The notes: a model not told the origin generated them from the sequence alone. A DNA stretch of 64,000 bases from Bacteroidota bacterium (GCA_026391735.1 JAPLDL010000025.1:3164-67163), one strand, 5' to 3'; counted from the stretch's first letter, positions 18,262 to 28,500 are shown. Numbers and translations: made by a program.

Positions 18262-21188
18262 TTTATCACGATTTCATCGACAAATATCCAGGCTTTCCTG
18301 CCGGCACCTGGGTGCCAGGCCGGGCAATTCCCGCGGTTAACGGCAAGTACTCTTACATATCTGGCCGACAGATTATGTGGCCTGATGGAAAAATCCCTGG
18401 TTATCGCCCCTTCTTTCTTTTCGTCCACAGTATTTCTTACAGGGGGGAGATCGGTAAACTTTTTATTGTCGGAGGAAACGGCAAATCTCACTTCCAAAGG
18501 CATAAATATCCAGGCCGCCTGGTCCTGGTAACAGCCAAGCGACAGTTCATTAACCGGTTGCATTGAACCAAGATCAACCACAGCCGAGACATCACAACCT
18601 TCGTAACCCTGCCAGGCACCGGTTTTGAAACTCTCGCCACCGCGCACAAAATCGATCAGAGCCAGGTCCCCGCCCGCCGAATATTGGCCTGCATATTTTG
18701 TGAGAACATTGATCTTCCTGTTTTTAGGTATTTTCAGAAAATTTGCTTCTATGGTAAAACTTTTTTGCAAGCCTTCTGCAACAGCAAACGCCTTTAATTT
18801 TGTTGTTCTGCAGATGTAAAAGGGTTTTAAGTATAAGATCGGCTTTATATCAGGTTCCTTACCGTCAAGGGTATAGTAAATTTTCACCCCTGGCCGGGGA
18901 CAAGACAGCCCGAGAAGAGTTGAATCAAAAAATGTCTTTTTTGCCTGTTCCACGGCAGGCACAGGTGTAATCAGCCCGTCAGTAACAGAGGAAACAGGGA
19001 AATCCCCTTCTTTGCTGCCCCAGGTTGTATCAGGGTTTGGCGACATGGTGAAAACCAGGTTGCCACCCTGCATAATGTCGGCATGCGAAATAAAACATTT
19101 ATTGTAAGCTTTACCATTCAAAGTGGCTGAACTGATGTAAAAATTTGTACGGCTTATATCCTTTGCTTCAACTGTAAAAGTCTTCCCGTTTTCCAGATGA
19201 ACAGAAACCTTGGGAAATAATGGTGAACCTATTGCATAAATCCCTGAGCAGGGGACTACCGGATAAAATCCCATGGCGCTAAGCACATACCAGGCACTCA
19301 TCTGCCCGCAATCCTCGTTGCCGCATAAACCGTCAGGGTCATTTCTGTATAACTGGCTGCATATCCTATGGATCAGCGCCTGGGTTTTCCAGGGTTTCCC
19401 TGCATAATCATATAAATAAGCCATATGGTGGCTGGGTTCATTACCATGGGCATACTGCCCGATCATCCCTGATATGTCGGCCTGATCGCGTCCCGAGGTC
19501 ACAGAAGGAGCGGTGAACATTGCATCCAGTTTCTCCGAAAAACTTTCTCTGCCTCCCATGAGATCCATCAGCCCGCTGAGATCCTGAGGGACATAAAAGC
19601 TGTACTGCCATGCGTTGGCTTCGGTATAATTGAAATTTACTTCTGAAGGATCGAAAGGAGAGAACCAGGTAGCATTGGTTTTAGCCCTCATGAACCCGCT
19701 GGATCTGTCAAACAGGTTCTTGTAATACTGGGCCCGTTTGATATATATATCGTAATCGCCTGCTTTTCCGAGCGCTTTTGCCATTTGGGCGATACACCAG
19801 TCGTCATAGGAATATTCCAGGGTTTTCGATACAGACTCGCCTTCCTGGTCCGAAGGAATATACCCCAACCATTTATAATATTTAAGCCCAAGCTCATCCT
19901 GTTCAGCGCTGTGCTTCATGGCCAGAAATGCAAGATTTGCATCGAAGCCGGTTATGCCCTTTAAATACGCATCAACAATAACCGGTACTGAATGATAGCC
20001 AATCATGCAGCCGGTTTCGTTTGATGAAAGCTCCCATACAGGGAGTTTACCGCCCTCCTGGTACTGTCTTAAAAAAGTATTGATAAAATCATTGGAACGC
20101 TTCCGGTCAATCAGCGTCAGAAGAGGATGCTCGGCCCTGTATGTGTCCCACAATGAAAATACGGTATAGTAGTCAAATTCTTTAGCAGAATGCGGCTTCA
20201 TGTCCCTGCCGAGATATTGGCCGTCAACATCCATATACAGGTTAGGAGTCAGAAACGTATGGTAGAGTGCACTATAAAAAACTGTTTTCTGGTCAATACT
20301 GCCACCTTCAACCTGTATCTTCCCCAATTCCCTGTTCCAGCATTCAGCTGCGGATTTTACAATGGCATCAAAATCCCATCCAGGGTTTTCTTTTTCAAGA
20401 TTTTCCCTGGCACCTTCAGTACTGACTGCAGAGATCCCGATTTTTAACCGGAGAGGTTCTCCTTTTTTCAGATCAAAGTTGAACTCAGCTTTAATGTCGG
20501 TGCCGGTAATTTCTTTGGAATCAGCAATTGTCCTGCCTCCCGACTCCATCCTGGATGCCGAGATTGGTTTAGAAAACCTGATTACAAAAAACAGGGTCTG
20601 CTTTGAAGCCCACGCCTGAGAAATCCGCAAACCCTCAATTTCATCAGGTCTGCTGATTCTAAGCCTTGAATCCAGGACCAGGTCCCTGTGCTTTAGGTCT
20701 ATAACAATGCCTGCTCCATCAGGGTCCTTGTATTCGTAGCTATGCATACCTGTCCTTAAAGTAGCCGTCAATCGGACTTTCACTGCCGGACGGTCAAGTT
20801 CAACCGAATAGTATCCCGGACTGGCCTGTTCAGATGATTTTCTGAACCCCGAACAATAACCATAATGATCAAGCCTGGCCTTCCCTTTTACCGGCATGAT
20901 CAATATATCACCATAGTCGGAACATCCTGTTCCGCTCAGATGGGTATGGCTGAATCCAAAGATAACAGAGTCGCTGCTATGGTATGCCGAACACCCATCC
21001 CAGCCATCAAGCCTTGTATCGGGGCTCAACTGTACCATCCCGAAGGGAAGACATACCCCGGGATAAGTATGGCCATGCCCGCCAGTGCCAATAAAAGGAT
21101 TTACGAAATCGGCAGGTAGGCGATGCTTTTCCTGGCAGGAAAACAGGAATAGTATTATCAGGATTCCGGGGAACGCTAACTTTCGCAT
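18258..21188 (-). CDS. Glycoside hydrolase family 92 (alpha-mannosidase) with extra C-terminal carbohydrate-binding-like domains
   Basis: 976 aa with lipobox LFLFSC. The GH92 N-terminal signature NPFIGTGGHGHTYPGVCLPFGMVQLSPDT is present. The roughly 250 aa C-terminal extension looks discoidin/F5-8-like. Confidence 0.9.
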   Translation of the reverse strand: MRKLAFPGILIILFLFSCQEKHRLPADFVNPFIGTGGHGHTYPGVCLPFGMVQLSPDTRLDGWDGCSAYHSSDSVIFGFSHTHLSGTGCSDYGDILIMPVKGKARLDHYGYCSGFRKSSEQASPGYYSVELDRPAVKVRLTATLRTGMHSYEYKDPDGAGIVIDLKHRDLVLDSRLRISRPDEIEGLRISQAWASKQTLFFVIRFSKPISASRMESGGRTIADSKEITGTDIKAEFNFDLKKGEPLRLKIGISAVSTEGARENLEKENPGWDFDAIVKSAAECWNRELGKIQVEGGSIDQKTVFYSALYHTFLTPNLYMDVDGQYLGRDMKPHSAKEFDYYTVFSLWDTYRAEHPLLTLIDRKRSNDFINTFLRQYQEGGKLPVWELSSNETGCMIGYHSVPVIVDAYLKGITGFDANLAFLAMKHSAEQDELGLKYYKWLGYIPSDQEGESVSKTLEYSYDDWCIAQMAKALGKAGDYDIYIKRAQYYKNLFDRSSGFMRAKTNATWFSPFDPSEVNFNYTEANAWQYSFYVPQDLSGLMDLMGGRESFSEKLDAMFTAPSVTSGRDQADISGMIGQYAHGNEPSHHMAYLYDYAGKPWKTQALIHRICSQLYRNDPDGLCGNEDCGQMSAWYVLSAMGFYPVVPCSGIYAIGSPLFPKVSVHLENGKTFTVEAKDISRTNFYISSATLNGKAYNKCFISHADIMQGGNLVFTMSPNPDTTWGSKEGDFPVSSVTDGLITPVPAVEQAKKTFFDSTLLGLSCPRPGVKIYYTLDGKEPDIKPILYLKPFYICRTTKLKAFAVAEGLQKSFTIEANFLKIPKNRKINVLTKYAGQYSAGGDLALIDFVRGGESFKTGAWQGYEGCDVSAVVDLGSMQPVNELSLGCYQDQAAWIFMPLEVRFAVSSDNKKFTDLPPVRNTVDEKKEGAITRDFSIRPHNLSARYVRVLAVNRGNCPAWHPGAGRKAWIFVDEIVIK

Positions 21189-21189
21189 A

Positions 21190-23721
21190 TCAATTGTTAT
21201 AAGTGTCCTGTAAAGAGCGTATCATGATTTTGCCAGGAAAGTCCGCCTGATTGATTGATGTGAAAAAAAAGATCTCGACGGGTTCGCCCGGCAGTAAATC
21301 AAAATAATTATCAGAGAATCTTCCCTTTAAACCTGTATTCAGCCAAACATTCTTTGCAAGTTTATCTGACTTCAGAGTGATTTTATACCCTCCGCTGATC
21401 TTGAGAAATTCACTGGTTATCTCCATTTTTTCAAGAGACAGATCTTTGACAGGAACAAAGTAAAATGTATTGCTGTATCTCTGTGGTTTTAAATCTGATG
21501 TTGTAAATCGGGCCTCTAACATTGCGTTTTTCAGGTCCACTCCTTCCAGGAAGGCAAGTGAGTCTATATTGAAACAACAAGTCGAGGCAGGACCAGGGAC
21601 AGAGAATTGTCTGGTGGTAACCCTGAGCACTTTACCTTTAAAATCAATAACTTTAAGGTTCAGACTGCCCTTTGTTTCAACCTTCCTGTCAGACACAATA
21701 TAAACCTTCAACCTGTCTTTCTCCATTATTGTTGAAACCAGTATATCCCTGTATTCCTTTTGTAAAAAATAATGCAGAGCTTTGGGGGTTCCATAATAAT
21801 CCCTTGCTGACCAGGAGACAACGGGCCAGCAATCATTAAACTGCCAGAAAAGGGTCCCCATACAAACCGGCATTGCCCTGCGATGGTCTTCAATTGCCAT
21901 CTTAATGCCTTCGGCCTGAAGGACCTGGCTTACATAAACATACGATTCAAAATCCTTTGGATGCCTGTAATCACGAATCATGTATTCATCGATAGTTTCA
22001 TAACCGACAGGATTTTTCTGATGAGCTTTCATTACGTCAGATCCTAAGGTCATATCCCCAGGTTCTGCAAATTTTCTTATACTGCTGATGTCGGGAAAAG
22101 CCTGGAAGCCATATTCCGACATGAAACGGCCTGTGTTTTCTTTATATAAGGAAAACGGATATCGGCCCCACCAAACTCCCCAGTAATGCATATCACCGGT
22201 AAACCTGCTTCCCGGATTGCCCCAGCCCAGGTGTGGTGAAGTGGAGATATATGGCCTTAGTGTATCCATCTTTTCAACATTATTGGGGAGTATACCGTTA
22301 AAAAGATCCTTATAAGCCTGGTAGACCAATGCGGAGTCAGCGCTTGAGTAATTATATTGCTTTACCCAGCCCCAGTTTTTCCATCCCTCATCAATCTCGT
22401 TGTTTCCGCACCAGAGGACCAAACATGGATGATTTCTCAGTCGTATTATATTCTGAGCGGATTCCACATCAGCATTGGCTAAAAAATCCCCGGTTCCCGG
22501 GTACATGGCACAGGCATACATAAAATCCTGCCAGACCATGATCCCAAGCTCATCGCAAAGGTCATAAAAAACATCTTTTTCATAAATACCGCCGCCCCAC
22601 ACTCTGAGCATATTCATGTTTAAATCCTTCGCATCCTCAAGAAGCTCCCGGTATGACGAATCGCTTACCCTGGAAGGGAAATTGTCCTGGGGGATATAAT
22701 TTGCACCTTTTGCAAAAACCGGCACATGATTGATAAAAAAGGTGAAGCCCGTCCCTGTACTGTCTTTTTCCTGTTTCAGTTCGATGGTTCGCAATCCTAT
22801 TTTCCGCCGGCCTTTACCAACGACCTCATCCGCATGAAAAAGATAGTAATTCAATGAATAAAGAAATGGGGCTCCCATTCCGTTTGGCCACCAAAGCTTT
22901 GGATTATTGATCACAAAATCAAGGCGGATGAGATTTCTCCCTTTTTTGACCGAAACGGTTTGATGGGCAAGAAGCATAGAATCATTATCGATCTTTATTT
23001 TCAACGTAGTTTCCTGGTCGGAAGTAAAGGTGAAAACACCAGACATCTCCGCCCTTCCTTCTATAATTTTTTTCTGTATGAAACGGGCATCAAGCAGCTC
23101 AAAATGCCTGTGAAACCTCAGGTAAACAGGTTTCCAGATTCCCATGGTCACGAGTTTGGGGCCCCAATCCCAGCCAAAATTATATGCCGCTTTACGGCAT
23201 ACTATCTTTTCATCACCGGGCAGCTTGTATTTAAGCTTATTATACAACTTTGTATTTTGGCGGATGACGGACTTAAAGTTCACGCGAAGTTCGTTCCTGC
23301 CTGGCTTCAGGAGTTGTTTTACACCCGGGCATTCCCATGCCCTGAACATATTGCCGGCCGACAATATAAGCGAATCATTCAGGTATACATCAGCATAGGT
23401 ATCAAGACCTTCAAGCACCAGGTCTATATGCTCTGCCTCAAGTAATTTCCCGCTGAGCATGAAAATCCTGTGGTATTCCCAATCTTTTTCCGAAACCCAT
23501 TGAACACTGTCTTCGTTGGTCCTGTAAAAGGGATCCTTTACACGTTGATTGTGCATAAGATCAAGCTGAATGCAACCGGGGACAGAAGCCGGAAACCATT
23601 CAGAAGTTCCTGTCTGACGGTATTCCCAGGGACCGTTAAGGTCATATTTTTCAAGTATTTGAGCATTGACAGGAGGTAGCAGCCCCCAGCAAAAAAGGAG
23701 GAAGAGCAATTTATGCGTCAT
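21190..23721 (-). CDS. Glycoside hydrolase family 2, beta-mannosidase type
   Basis: 843 aa with a signal peptide. It shows GH2 sugar-binding, Ig-like and TIM-barrel blocks (GANYIPQD, MNMLRVWGGGIYE, WCGNNE, MSEYGFQAF). Confidence 0.85.
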   Translation of the reverse strand: MTHKLLFLLFCWGLLPPVNAQILEKYDLNGPWEYRQTGTSEWFPASVPGCIQLDLMHNQRVKDPFYRTNEDSVQWVSEKDWEYHRIFMLSGKLLEAEHIDLVLEGLDTYADVYLNDSLILSAGNMFRAWECPGVKQLLKPGRNELRVNFKSVIRQNTKLYNKLKYKLPGDEKIVCRKAAYNFGWDWGPKLVTMGIWKPVYLRFHRHFELLDARFIQKKIIEGRAEMSGVFTFTSDQETTLKIKIDNDSMLLAHQTVSVKKGRNLIRLDFVINNPKLWWPNGMGAPFLYSLNYYLFHADEVVGKGRRKIGLRTIELKQEKDSTGTGFTFFINHVPVFAKGANYIPQDNFPSRVSDSSYRELLEDAKDLNMNMLRVWGGGIYEKDVFYDLCDELGIMVWQDFMYACAMYPGTGDFLANADVESAQNIIRLRNHPCLVLWCGNNEIDEGWKNWGWVKQYNYSSADSALVYQAYKDLFNGILPNNVEKMDTLRPYISTSPHLGWGNPGSRFTGDMHYWGVWWGRYPFSLYKENTGRFMSEYGFQAFPDISSIRKFAEPGDMTLGSDVMKAHQKNPVGYETIDEYMIRDYRHPKDFESYVYVSQVLQAEGIKMAIEDHRRAMPVCMGTLFWQFNDCWPVVSWSARDYYGTPKALHYFLQKEYRDILVSTIMEKDRLKVYIVSDRKVETKGSLNLKVIDFKGKVLRVTTRQFSVPGPASTCCFNIDSLAFLEGVDLKNAMLEARFTTSDLKPQRYSNTFYFVPVKDLSLEKMEITSEFLKISGGYKITLKSDKLAKNVWLNTGLKGRFSDNYFDLLPGEPVEIFFFTSINQADFPGKIMIRSLQDTYNN

Positions 23722-23797
23722 CCGAATAAAAATTATCGAACAAAACTACCAAATAATTGCGAAAATGTGGTATTTTCGGTGACTGCAAACACTTATA

Positions 23798-24979
23798 ATG
23801 ATGAACATTCAGGAACTCAAACGGATCTTTTTTAATTTATACGGGAATCAGGACCAGGTTCCGCACATTTATTTTGCACCTGGAAGGGTTAACCTTATTG
23901 GGGAGCATACAGATTATAACGGGGGTTTTGTTCTTCCCTGCGCCCTTCAGTTCGGGACCTATTTGCTGATCAGGAAAAGAGATGATCACTTCCTTAAACT
24001 GGCCTCGACCAATTTTGAAGAAAAGTTTGAATACGACCAATCAAAAGGATACGTTAAACAAGCAGGGCAGTGGATCAACTACCCGCTTGGCATATTTTCC
24101 CAGTTTGCAGATTTGAATGTGGTTTTACCTGGTTTCGACATGTTGTTTTCAGGAGATATCCCGAACAGTGCAGGGCTTTCTTCATCAGCATCAATCGAAA
24201 TGGTGATGGCTTATGCCCTGGCCTCCCTGCTTAATGTGACCTCTCTGCAGATGACTGATCTGATCAATATGGCAAAGCGTTCCGAGAATGAATTCATTGG
24301 TTTGAACTGCGGGATCATGGATATGTTTGCTGTTGGAATGGGATCGGCCGATCATGCGATCTTTTTAAACTGCCTTACCCTTGAATACAAAAGGATCCCT
24401 TTCATCCTGAGCGGATATAAACTCATCATTTCCAACACCAATAAGCGGAGGGGGCTGGCCGATTCAAAATATAACGAAAGAGTTAATGAATGCCGTGAGG
24501 CGGTAGATGCCATTGCTCCCCATTTTCCGGTAAAACATCTGGGGGAGGTTGGATTTATGCAGTTTTATAAATTTCAGGAAGTTATTAAGGATGAAAAGGT
24601 CAGACGGCGTGCAAGGCATGTGATCTCTGAGAACCAGAGGGTTCTTAATGCTGTAGCCTCACTGCAAAAGAACGACATTCTCCAGTTCGGCGCACTGATG
24701 AATGCTTCTCACGAGTCACTTCGTGACAATTATGAAGTAACGGGAATCGAATTAGATACCTTGGTTGAAGAATCGCAAAAGATCAACGGGGTCGTCGGAT
24801 CCAGGATGACCGGTGCAGGCTTCGGGGGATGTACGGTAAGTATTGTAAGGGATGATGCTGTTGATAAATTTATAAGGGAGGTAGGTGACAATTATAAACG
24901 AAAAACAGGGCTGGATGCTTCATTTTATATTGCAGAAGTATCTGACGGGCCAAAAGAAATAATCAATGACACCCTTTAA
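23798..24979 (+). CDS. galK: Galactokinase
   Basis: 393 aa. It has the galactokinase signature GRVNLIGEHTDYNGG and the GHMP ATP motif PNSAGLSSSAS. Confidence 0.9.
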   Translation: MMNIQELKRIFFNLYGNQDQVPHIYFAPGRVNLIGEHTDYNGGFVLPCALQFGTYLLIRKRDDHFLKLASTNFEEKFEYDQSKGYVKQAGQWINYPLGIFSQFADLNVVLPGFDMLFSGDIPNSAGLSSSASIEMVMAYALASLLNVTSLQMTDLINMAKRSENEFIGLNCGIMDMFAVGMGSADHAIFLNCLTLEYKRIPFILSGYKLIISNTNKRRGLADSKYNERVNECREAVDAIAPHFPVKHLGEVGFMQFYKFQEVIKDEKVRRRARHVISENQRVLNAVASLQKNDILQFGALMNASHESLRDNYEVTGIELDTLVEESQKINGVVGSRMTGAGFGGCTVSIVRDDAVDKFIREVGDNYKRKTGLDASFYIAEVSDGPKEIINDTL

Positions 24980-24990
24980 AATCAAACCAT

Positions 24991-25890
24991 ATGGGACACA
25001 AAAATTCAAAAGTCAAGAATGGGGACCAGCCTGACGAGGTTACAAAACCAAAAAAACACAAAGCAGAAAAAACAGACTCATTGAATATCCTTAAAAAGGA
25101 AGAAGAGATAAATAGCAGGCTTAAAAAGAAATTTTACGAGGAAGAGCTGGCAAATCTTCAGCTCGAGCTCGTAAAACTTCAGGAATGGATAAAATTCAAA
25201 GGGCTCAGGGCTGTTGTTCTTTTCGAAGGAAGGGATGCTGCAGGAAAAGGAGGCACCATTAAAAGGATAACCGAGACACTGAATCCCCGTGTTGTCAGAG
25301 TTGTTGCCCTTGGAGTGCCGACTGAAAAGGAAAAAAGTCAGTGGTATTTTCAGCGGTATGTGGCGCATCTTCCCGCTGCAGGGGAAATGGTACTGTTTGA
25401 CCGCAGCTGGTACAACAGGGCAGGAGTAGAAAGAGTGATGGGTTTTTGCACAGAAACGGAATATTGGGACTTCCTGAGATCATGTCCCAACTTTGAGAAC
25501 ATGTTGATCAGGTCAGGTATAATCCTGATAAAATACTGGTTCTCGGTAAGCGATAAAGAGCAGGAACGGAGGTTCAAGCAAAGAATTGATGATCCGACAA
25601 GAAGATGGAAGATAAGTCCTATGGATGTTGAATCCCGTTCAAAATGGGTTGATTATTCAAAAGCGAAAGACGACATGTTCGCATATACCGATACGAAGCA
25701 GTCTCCGTGGTTTGTTGTTGAAGCTGACGACAAACGCAGGGCCAGGTTAAACTGCATCAGCCACCTGCTGGGACAGATCAAATACAAGGATGTTCCTAGA
25801 GAGAAGATCAAGTTACCGCCACTTGATAAGGAAAAATCGTATGTTCGCCCGCCAATGTCGGAGCAAACGTTTGTGCCCAATAAATTCTGA
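24991..25890 (+). CDS. ppk2: Polyphosphate kinase 2 (single-domain PPK2)
   Basis: 299 aa. It has Walker A FEGRDAAGKGG and the PPK2 block FDRSWYNRAGVERVMGF. The N-terminus is Lys-rich. Confidence 0.9.
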   Translation: MGHKNSKVKNGDQPDEVTKPKKHKAEKTDSLNILKKEEEINSRLKKKFYEEELANLQLELVKLQEWIKFKGLRAVVLFEGRDAAGKGGTIKRITETLNPRVVRVVALGVPTEKEKSQWYFQRYVAHLPAAGEMVLFDRSWYNRAGVERVMGFCTETEYWDFLRSCPNFENMLIRSGIILIKYWFSVSDKEQERRFKQRIDDPTRRWKISPMDVESRSKWVDYSKAKDDMFAYTDTKQSPWFVVEADDKRRARLNCISHLLGQIKYKDVPREKIKLPPLDKEKSYVRPPMSEQTFVPNKF

Positions 25891-25908
25891 TCAAATTTGG
25901 TTATTTTC

Positions 25909-25945
25909 AGAGGGTGTCTCAAAAGTCGAGACACTCTCTTTTTTT
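25909..25945 (+). terminator. Rho-independent terminator after ppk2 (the T-run overlaps the galM stop)
   Basis: A 12-bp stem AGAGGGTGTCTC / GAGACACTCTCT (one G-U pair) with loop AAAAGTC is followed by TTTTTT. Confidence 0.7.
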
Positions 25946-27089
25946 ATTCGACTACCGAAAACCTGATAACAGTCTTTTCAAGATATTTCATTCCGGGTTT
26001 CAGAATCGCCGACGGAAACCCCGGCTGGTTTGGCGAGTCAGGAAAATGCTGGGTTTCCAAACAAAGGCCGAAATGCTTCCCGTACACTTTCCCATCAAAT
26101 CCTTTTATGCTGCCATCAAGGAAATTCCCGCTGTAGAACTGCACTCCCGGTTGTGTTGTTTCGATAGTGACTTCACGGCCCGAGTCCGGGTCAAATAATA
26201 CGGCTGCTGCCGACATAACACCCGCTTGCTTTCTGAGCACGTAATTATGATCGTATCCTCCATTGACCTTATCTATGCCTTTCCCTATCGGAGTCGGGGT
26301 ATTAAAATCCATCGGAGTCCCTTTCACTTCAGGTAGTTTCCCGGTCGGAATAAGCTGGTCATTCACTTCGGTAAACCGATCAGCCCTGATCATCAGAATA
26401 TGTTTCAGAATATCTGACTCTGCTCCGTTCAGGTTAAAATAAGTATGGTTGCATATATTAACTGGTGTGGCCTTGTCAGCAGAGGCTTCGATCAGAATTG
26501 TCAATTCATCATTATTATCCAATGAATAAGTGACCTGTGTTTTTAAGTTTCCCGGATAACCTTCCTCACCATCAGAACTCAGATAGGTAAGTGAAAGCCT
26601 TGCTAAGGATGTATCATTATATTCAACAGCATCCCAAACAACTTTATCAAAGCCCCTGACCCCTCCATGTAATGCATTGTTCCCGTTATTCTTCGCAAGA
26701 TGGTATTTTGTACCCTCCAGAATAAATTCACCGTTTGCAATACGGTTCGCATAACGACCAACGATTGCCCCAAAATAAGGACTGTTTGCAATATATGCCG
26801 GCAAATTGTCATATCCCAGAACGATGTTTCCATTCAGACCATTTTTATCAGGCATCACGATTTGATTTATTATCCCACCGTAATTGGTTATTTTAATGCT
26901 GATACCATGTTTATTAGTCAGAGTATAAAGAAAAACATCCCTGTCACCGATCCGGCCGAAATTACTTTTCATAATTGAAACGTTTGTTACATTTTTTAAC
27001 ACTTTTTCATTCTTTCTCTCGGAAGGCTTGCAGCCGGTTCCTGATAAGACCGTTGCAAGAAGCAAACTCACCCATAAAACCTGTCGCAT
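25944..27089 (-). CDS. galM: Aldose 1-epimerase (galactose mutarotase), exported or lipoprotein form
   Basis: 381 aa with lipobox-like LSGTGC. Mutarotase blocks are present (NALHGGVRGFDKVVW, FCLETQHFPDSPN-like GLCLETQHFPDSPNQ). Confidence 0.9.
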   Translation of the reverse strand: MRQVLWVSLLLATVLSGTGCKPSERKNEKVLKNVTNVSIMKSNFGRIGDRDVFLYTLTNKHGISIKITNYGGIINQIVMPDKNGLNGNIVLGYDNLPAYIANSPYFGAIVGRYANRIANGEFILEGTKYHLAKNNGNNALHGGVRGFDKVVWDAVEYNDTSLARLSLTYLSSDGEEGYPGNLKTQVTYSLDNNDELTILIEASADKATPVNICNHTYFNLNGAESDILKHILMIRADRFTEVNDQLIPTGKLPEVKGTPMDFNTPTPIGKGIDKVNGGYDHNYVLRKQAGVMSAAAVLFDPDSGREVTIETTQPGVQFYSGNFLDGSIKGFDGKVYGKHFGLCLETQHFPDSPNQPGFPSAILKPGMKYLEKTVIRFSVVE

Positions 27090-27143
27090 TTTTTTCTAAT
27101 TTTGAAACCCCGAACAAACGTAATCAAATTTTCTTTTCCGTTA

Positions 27144-27980
27144 ATGGATATCAGGGATAAAGTAGTGATCATCACAGGTGCATCAGGAGGCATAGGCCAT
27201 GCTGCTGCATTGGCATTCAACCGTTGCGGTGCTAAAACCATACTTGTTGCAAGACGTCGGGAAGTTCTTCAGGATATTGCTTTAACAATGCCTGATGCCC
27301 TTGTGCTGCCTGCCGATCTTTCAAAAGAGCATGATTGCCTTTCGGTAATAGAGCAATCCATTTCCCGTTTCGGACGCATTGATATCCTTATCAATAATGC
27401 CGCAAGTATTATTGTTTCTCCTTCTGAGAGTGTGAGCAGGGATGATCTCCTGAAAGCCTTTATGACCAACCTGCTGGGACCTGTCTCACTAACACAGGCT
27501 GTGATCCCTCATATGCTCAGCAGGGGAGGAGGACATATAATCAATATAGGTTCTCCGGGGTTTATGATGGGAATACCGTTTTATACACCGTATGTATGTT
27601 CAAAGGCTGCATTTTCGGCCTGGACCAGGACTATCCAGGCTGAATGGAAAAACAGCAGCATCGTTATCAGTGAATATTTCCCCGGTTATATAAAAACCGA
27701 CTCCAAGCCAGAATCAAGGCTGGGTGAGGTGGACCAGGACTTCCTGATGAACAGCAAACAGAATTTCATTACCAGGTTGTTCGCAAAACCCAAAGATCCA
27801 AATGAAGTGGCAAAGCAACTAGTGGCTCTTGCACGAACCCCAAAAATCCTTACCTATTCTGACTTTTCAACAAAAATCGGAGCCTATATTTCCAATATAA
27901 GTCCGTTCAGGCTTTCTATTGCTTTTCAAATGGCAAATACAGCCAGAAAAAAGAAAAACCTTAAGATGTTTAATCTATAA
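27144..27980 (+). CDS. Short-chain dehydrogenase/reductase (classical SDR)
   Basis: Start moved to MDIRDKVVIITGASGGIG (ATG 27144). It has TGxxxGIG, NNAA and YVCSK (YxxxK). The track ORF from 27102 only adds a 14-aa non-SDR extension. Confidence 0.85.
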   Translation: MDIRDKVVIITGASGGIGHAAALAFNRCGAKTILVARRREVLQDIALTMPDALVLPADLSKEHDCLSVIEQSISRFGRIDILINNAASIIVSPSESVSRDDLLKAFMTNLLGPVSLTQAVIPHMLSRGGGHIINIGSPGFMMGIPFYTPYVCSKAAFSAWTRTIQAEWKNSSIVISEYFPGYIKTDSKPESRLGEVDQDFLMNSKQNFITRLFAKPKDPNEVAKQLVALARTPKILTYSDFSTKIGAYISNISPFRLSIAFQMANTARKKKNLKMFNL

Positions 27981-27990
27981 TACATGATCA

Positions 27991-28500
27991 ATGAGAAACG
28001 TAATCCCATTAAAAGACAGGCCTGTCGATTTCATTTACATTGGATTTTTCCTTGTCAATATACTGTTTATTACCTATATAGTAGACCTTGAACAGCTGGT
28101 GATTGCAGATCCCACAAATTTCGATTATCCTATATGGCCCCTTCCGTTTTTTGTTGATATGACTCATTGGTGGGGGGCCAGTTTTGACCCTCTTCAATGG
28201 CTGAGACCAACCTGGTGGAAAGCTACAATCTGGCTCGATGTCATTCTTTTCGGTCCATATTATATTGCAGCAGTTTACGCTTTCGTAAAAGGCAGGGAAT
28301 GGATCCGCATCCCAACTTTCATCATCATGTCGATCCTCTTCACCAATGTGTTTATCATCTGCAGCGAAGAGATCTTTGGACCGACTCCCGCAAAGAATCT
28401 GCCTCTGGTCTTACTTGCTAATGCTCCCTGGTTCCTGTTCCCGGTTTTCCTTATCTGGAAGATGTGGAAAAAGGAGCATCCGTTCACAAATGCAGACTGA
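27991..28500 (+). CDS. TMEM97 / sigma-2 receptor-like EXPERA-domain membrane protein (EBP sterol isomerase superfamily)
   Basis: 169 aa with 4 TM helices. By-eye alignment to human TMEM97 gives FITYIVDLEQL vs ITLFMDLQAVL, WWGASFDPLQ vs WYAKEFKDPLL, AAVYAFVKGREWIRIPTFII vs [21 protein letters not shown], and ANAPWFLFPVFLIW vs VYAPYLLIPFILLI. Confidence 0.7.
   Translation: MRNVIPLKDRPVDFIYIGFFLVNILFITYIVDLEQLVIADPTNFDYPIWPLPFFVDMTHWWGASFDPLQWLRPTWWKATIWLDVILFGPYYIAAVYAFVKGREWIRIPTFIIMSILFTNVFIICSEEIFGPTPAKNLPLVLLANAPWFLFPVFLIWKMWKKEHPFTNAD

Noticed and set aside
25897-26198. Plus-strand ORFs 25897-26136 and 25914-26198 after ppk2.
   Set aside because: They lie antisense to the well-supported 3' part of galM and start inside the ppk2 terminator hairpin.
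27102-27143. The N-terminal extensions of track ORFs 27102 (SDR), 28464 (OYE) and 36341 (FGE fusion).
   Set aside because: In each case an internal ATG gives the canonical family N-terminus (Rossmann beta1, OYE beta1, signal peptide). The extension would also overlap the preceding gene or the divergent promoter.
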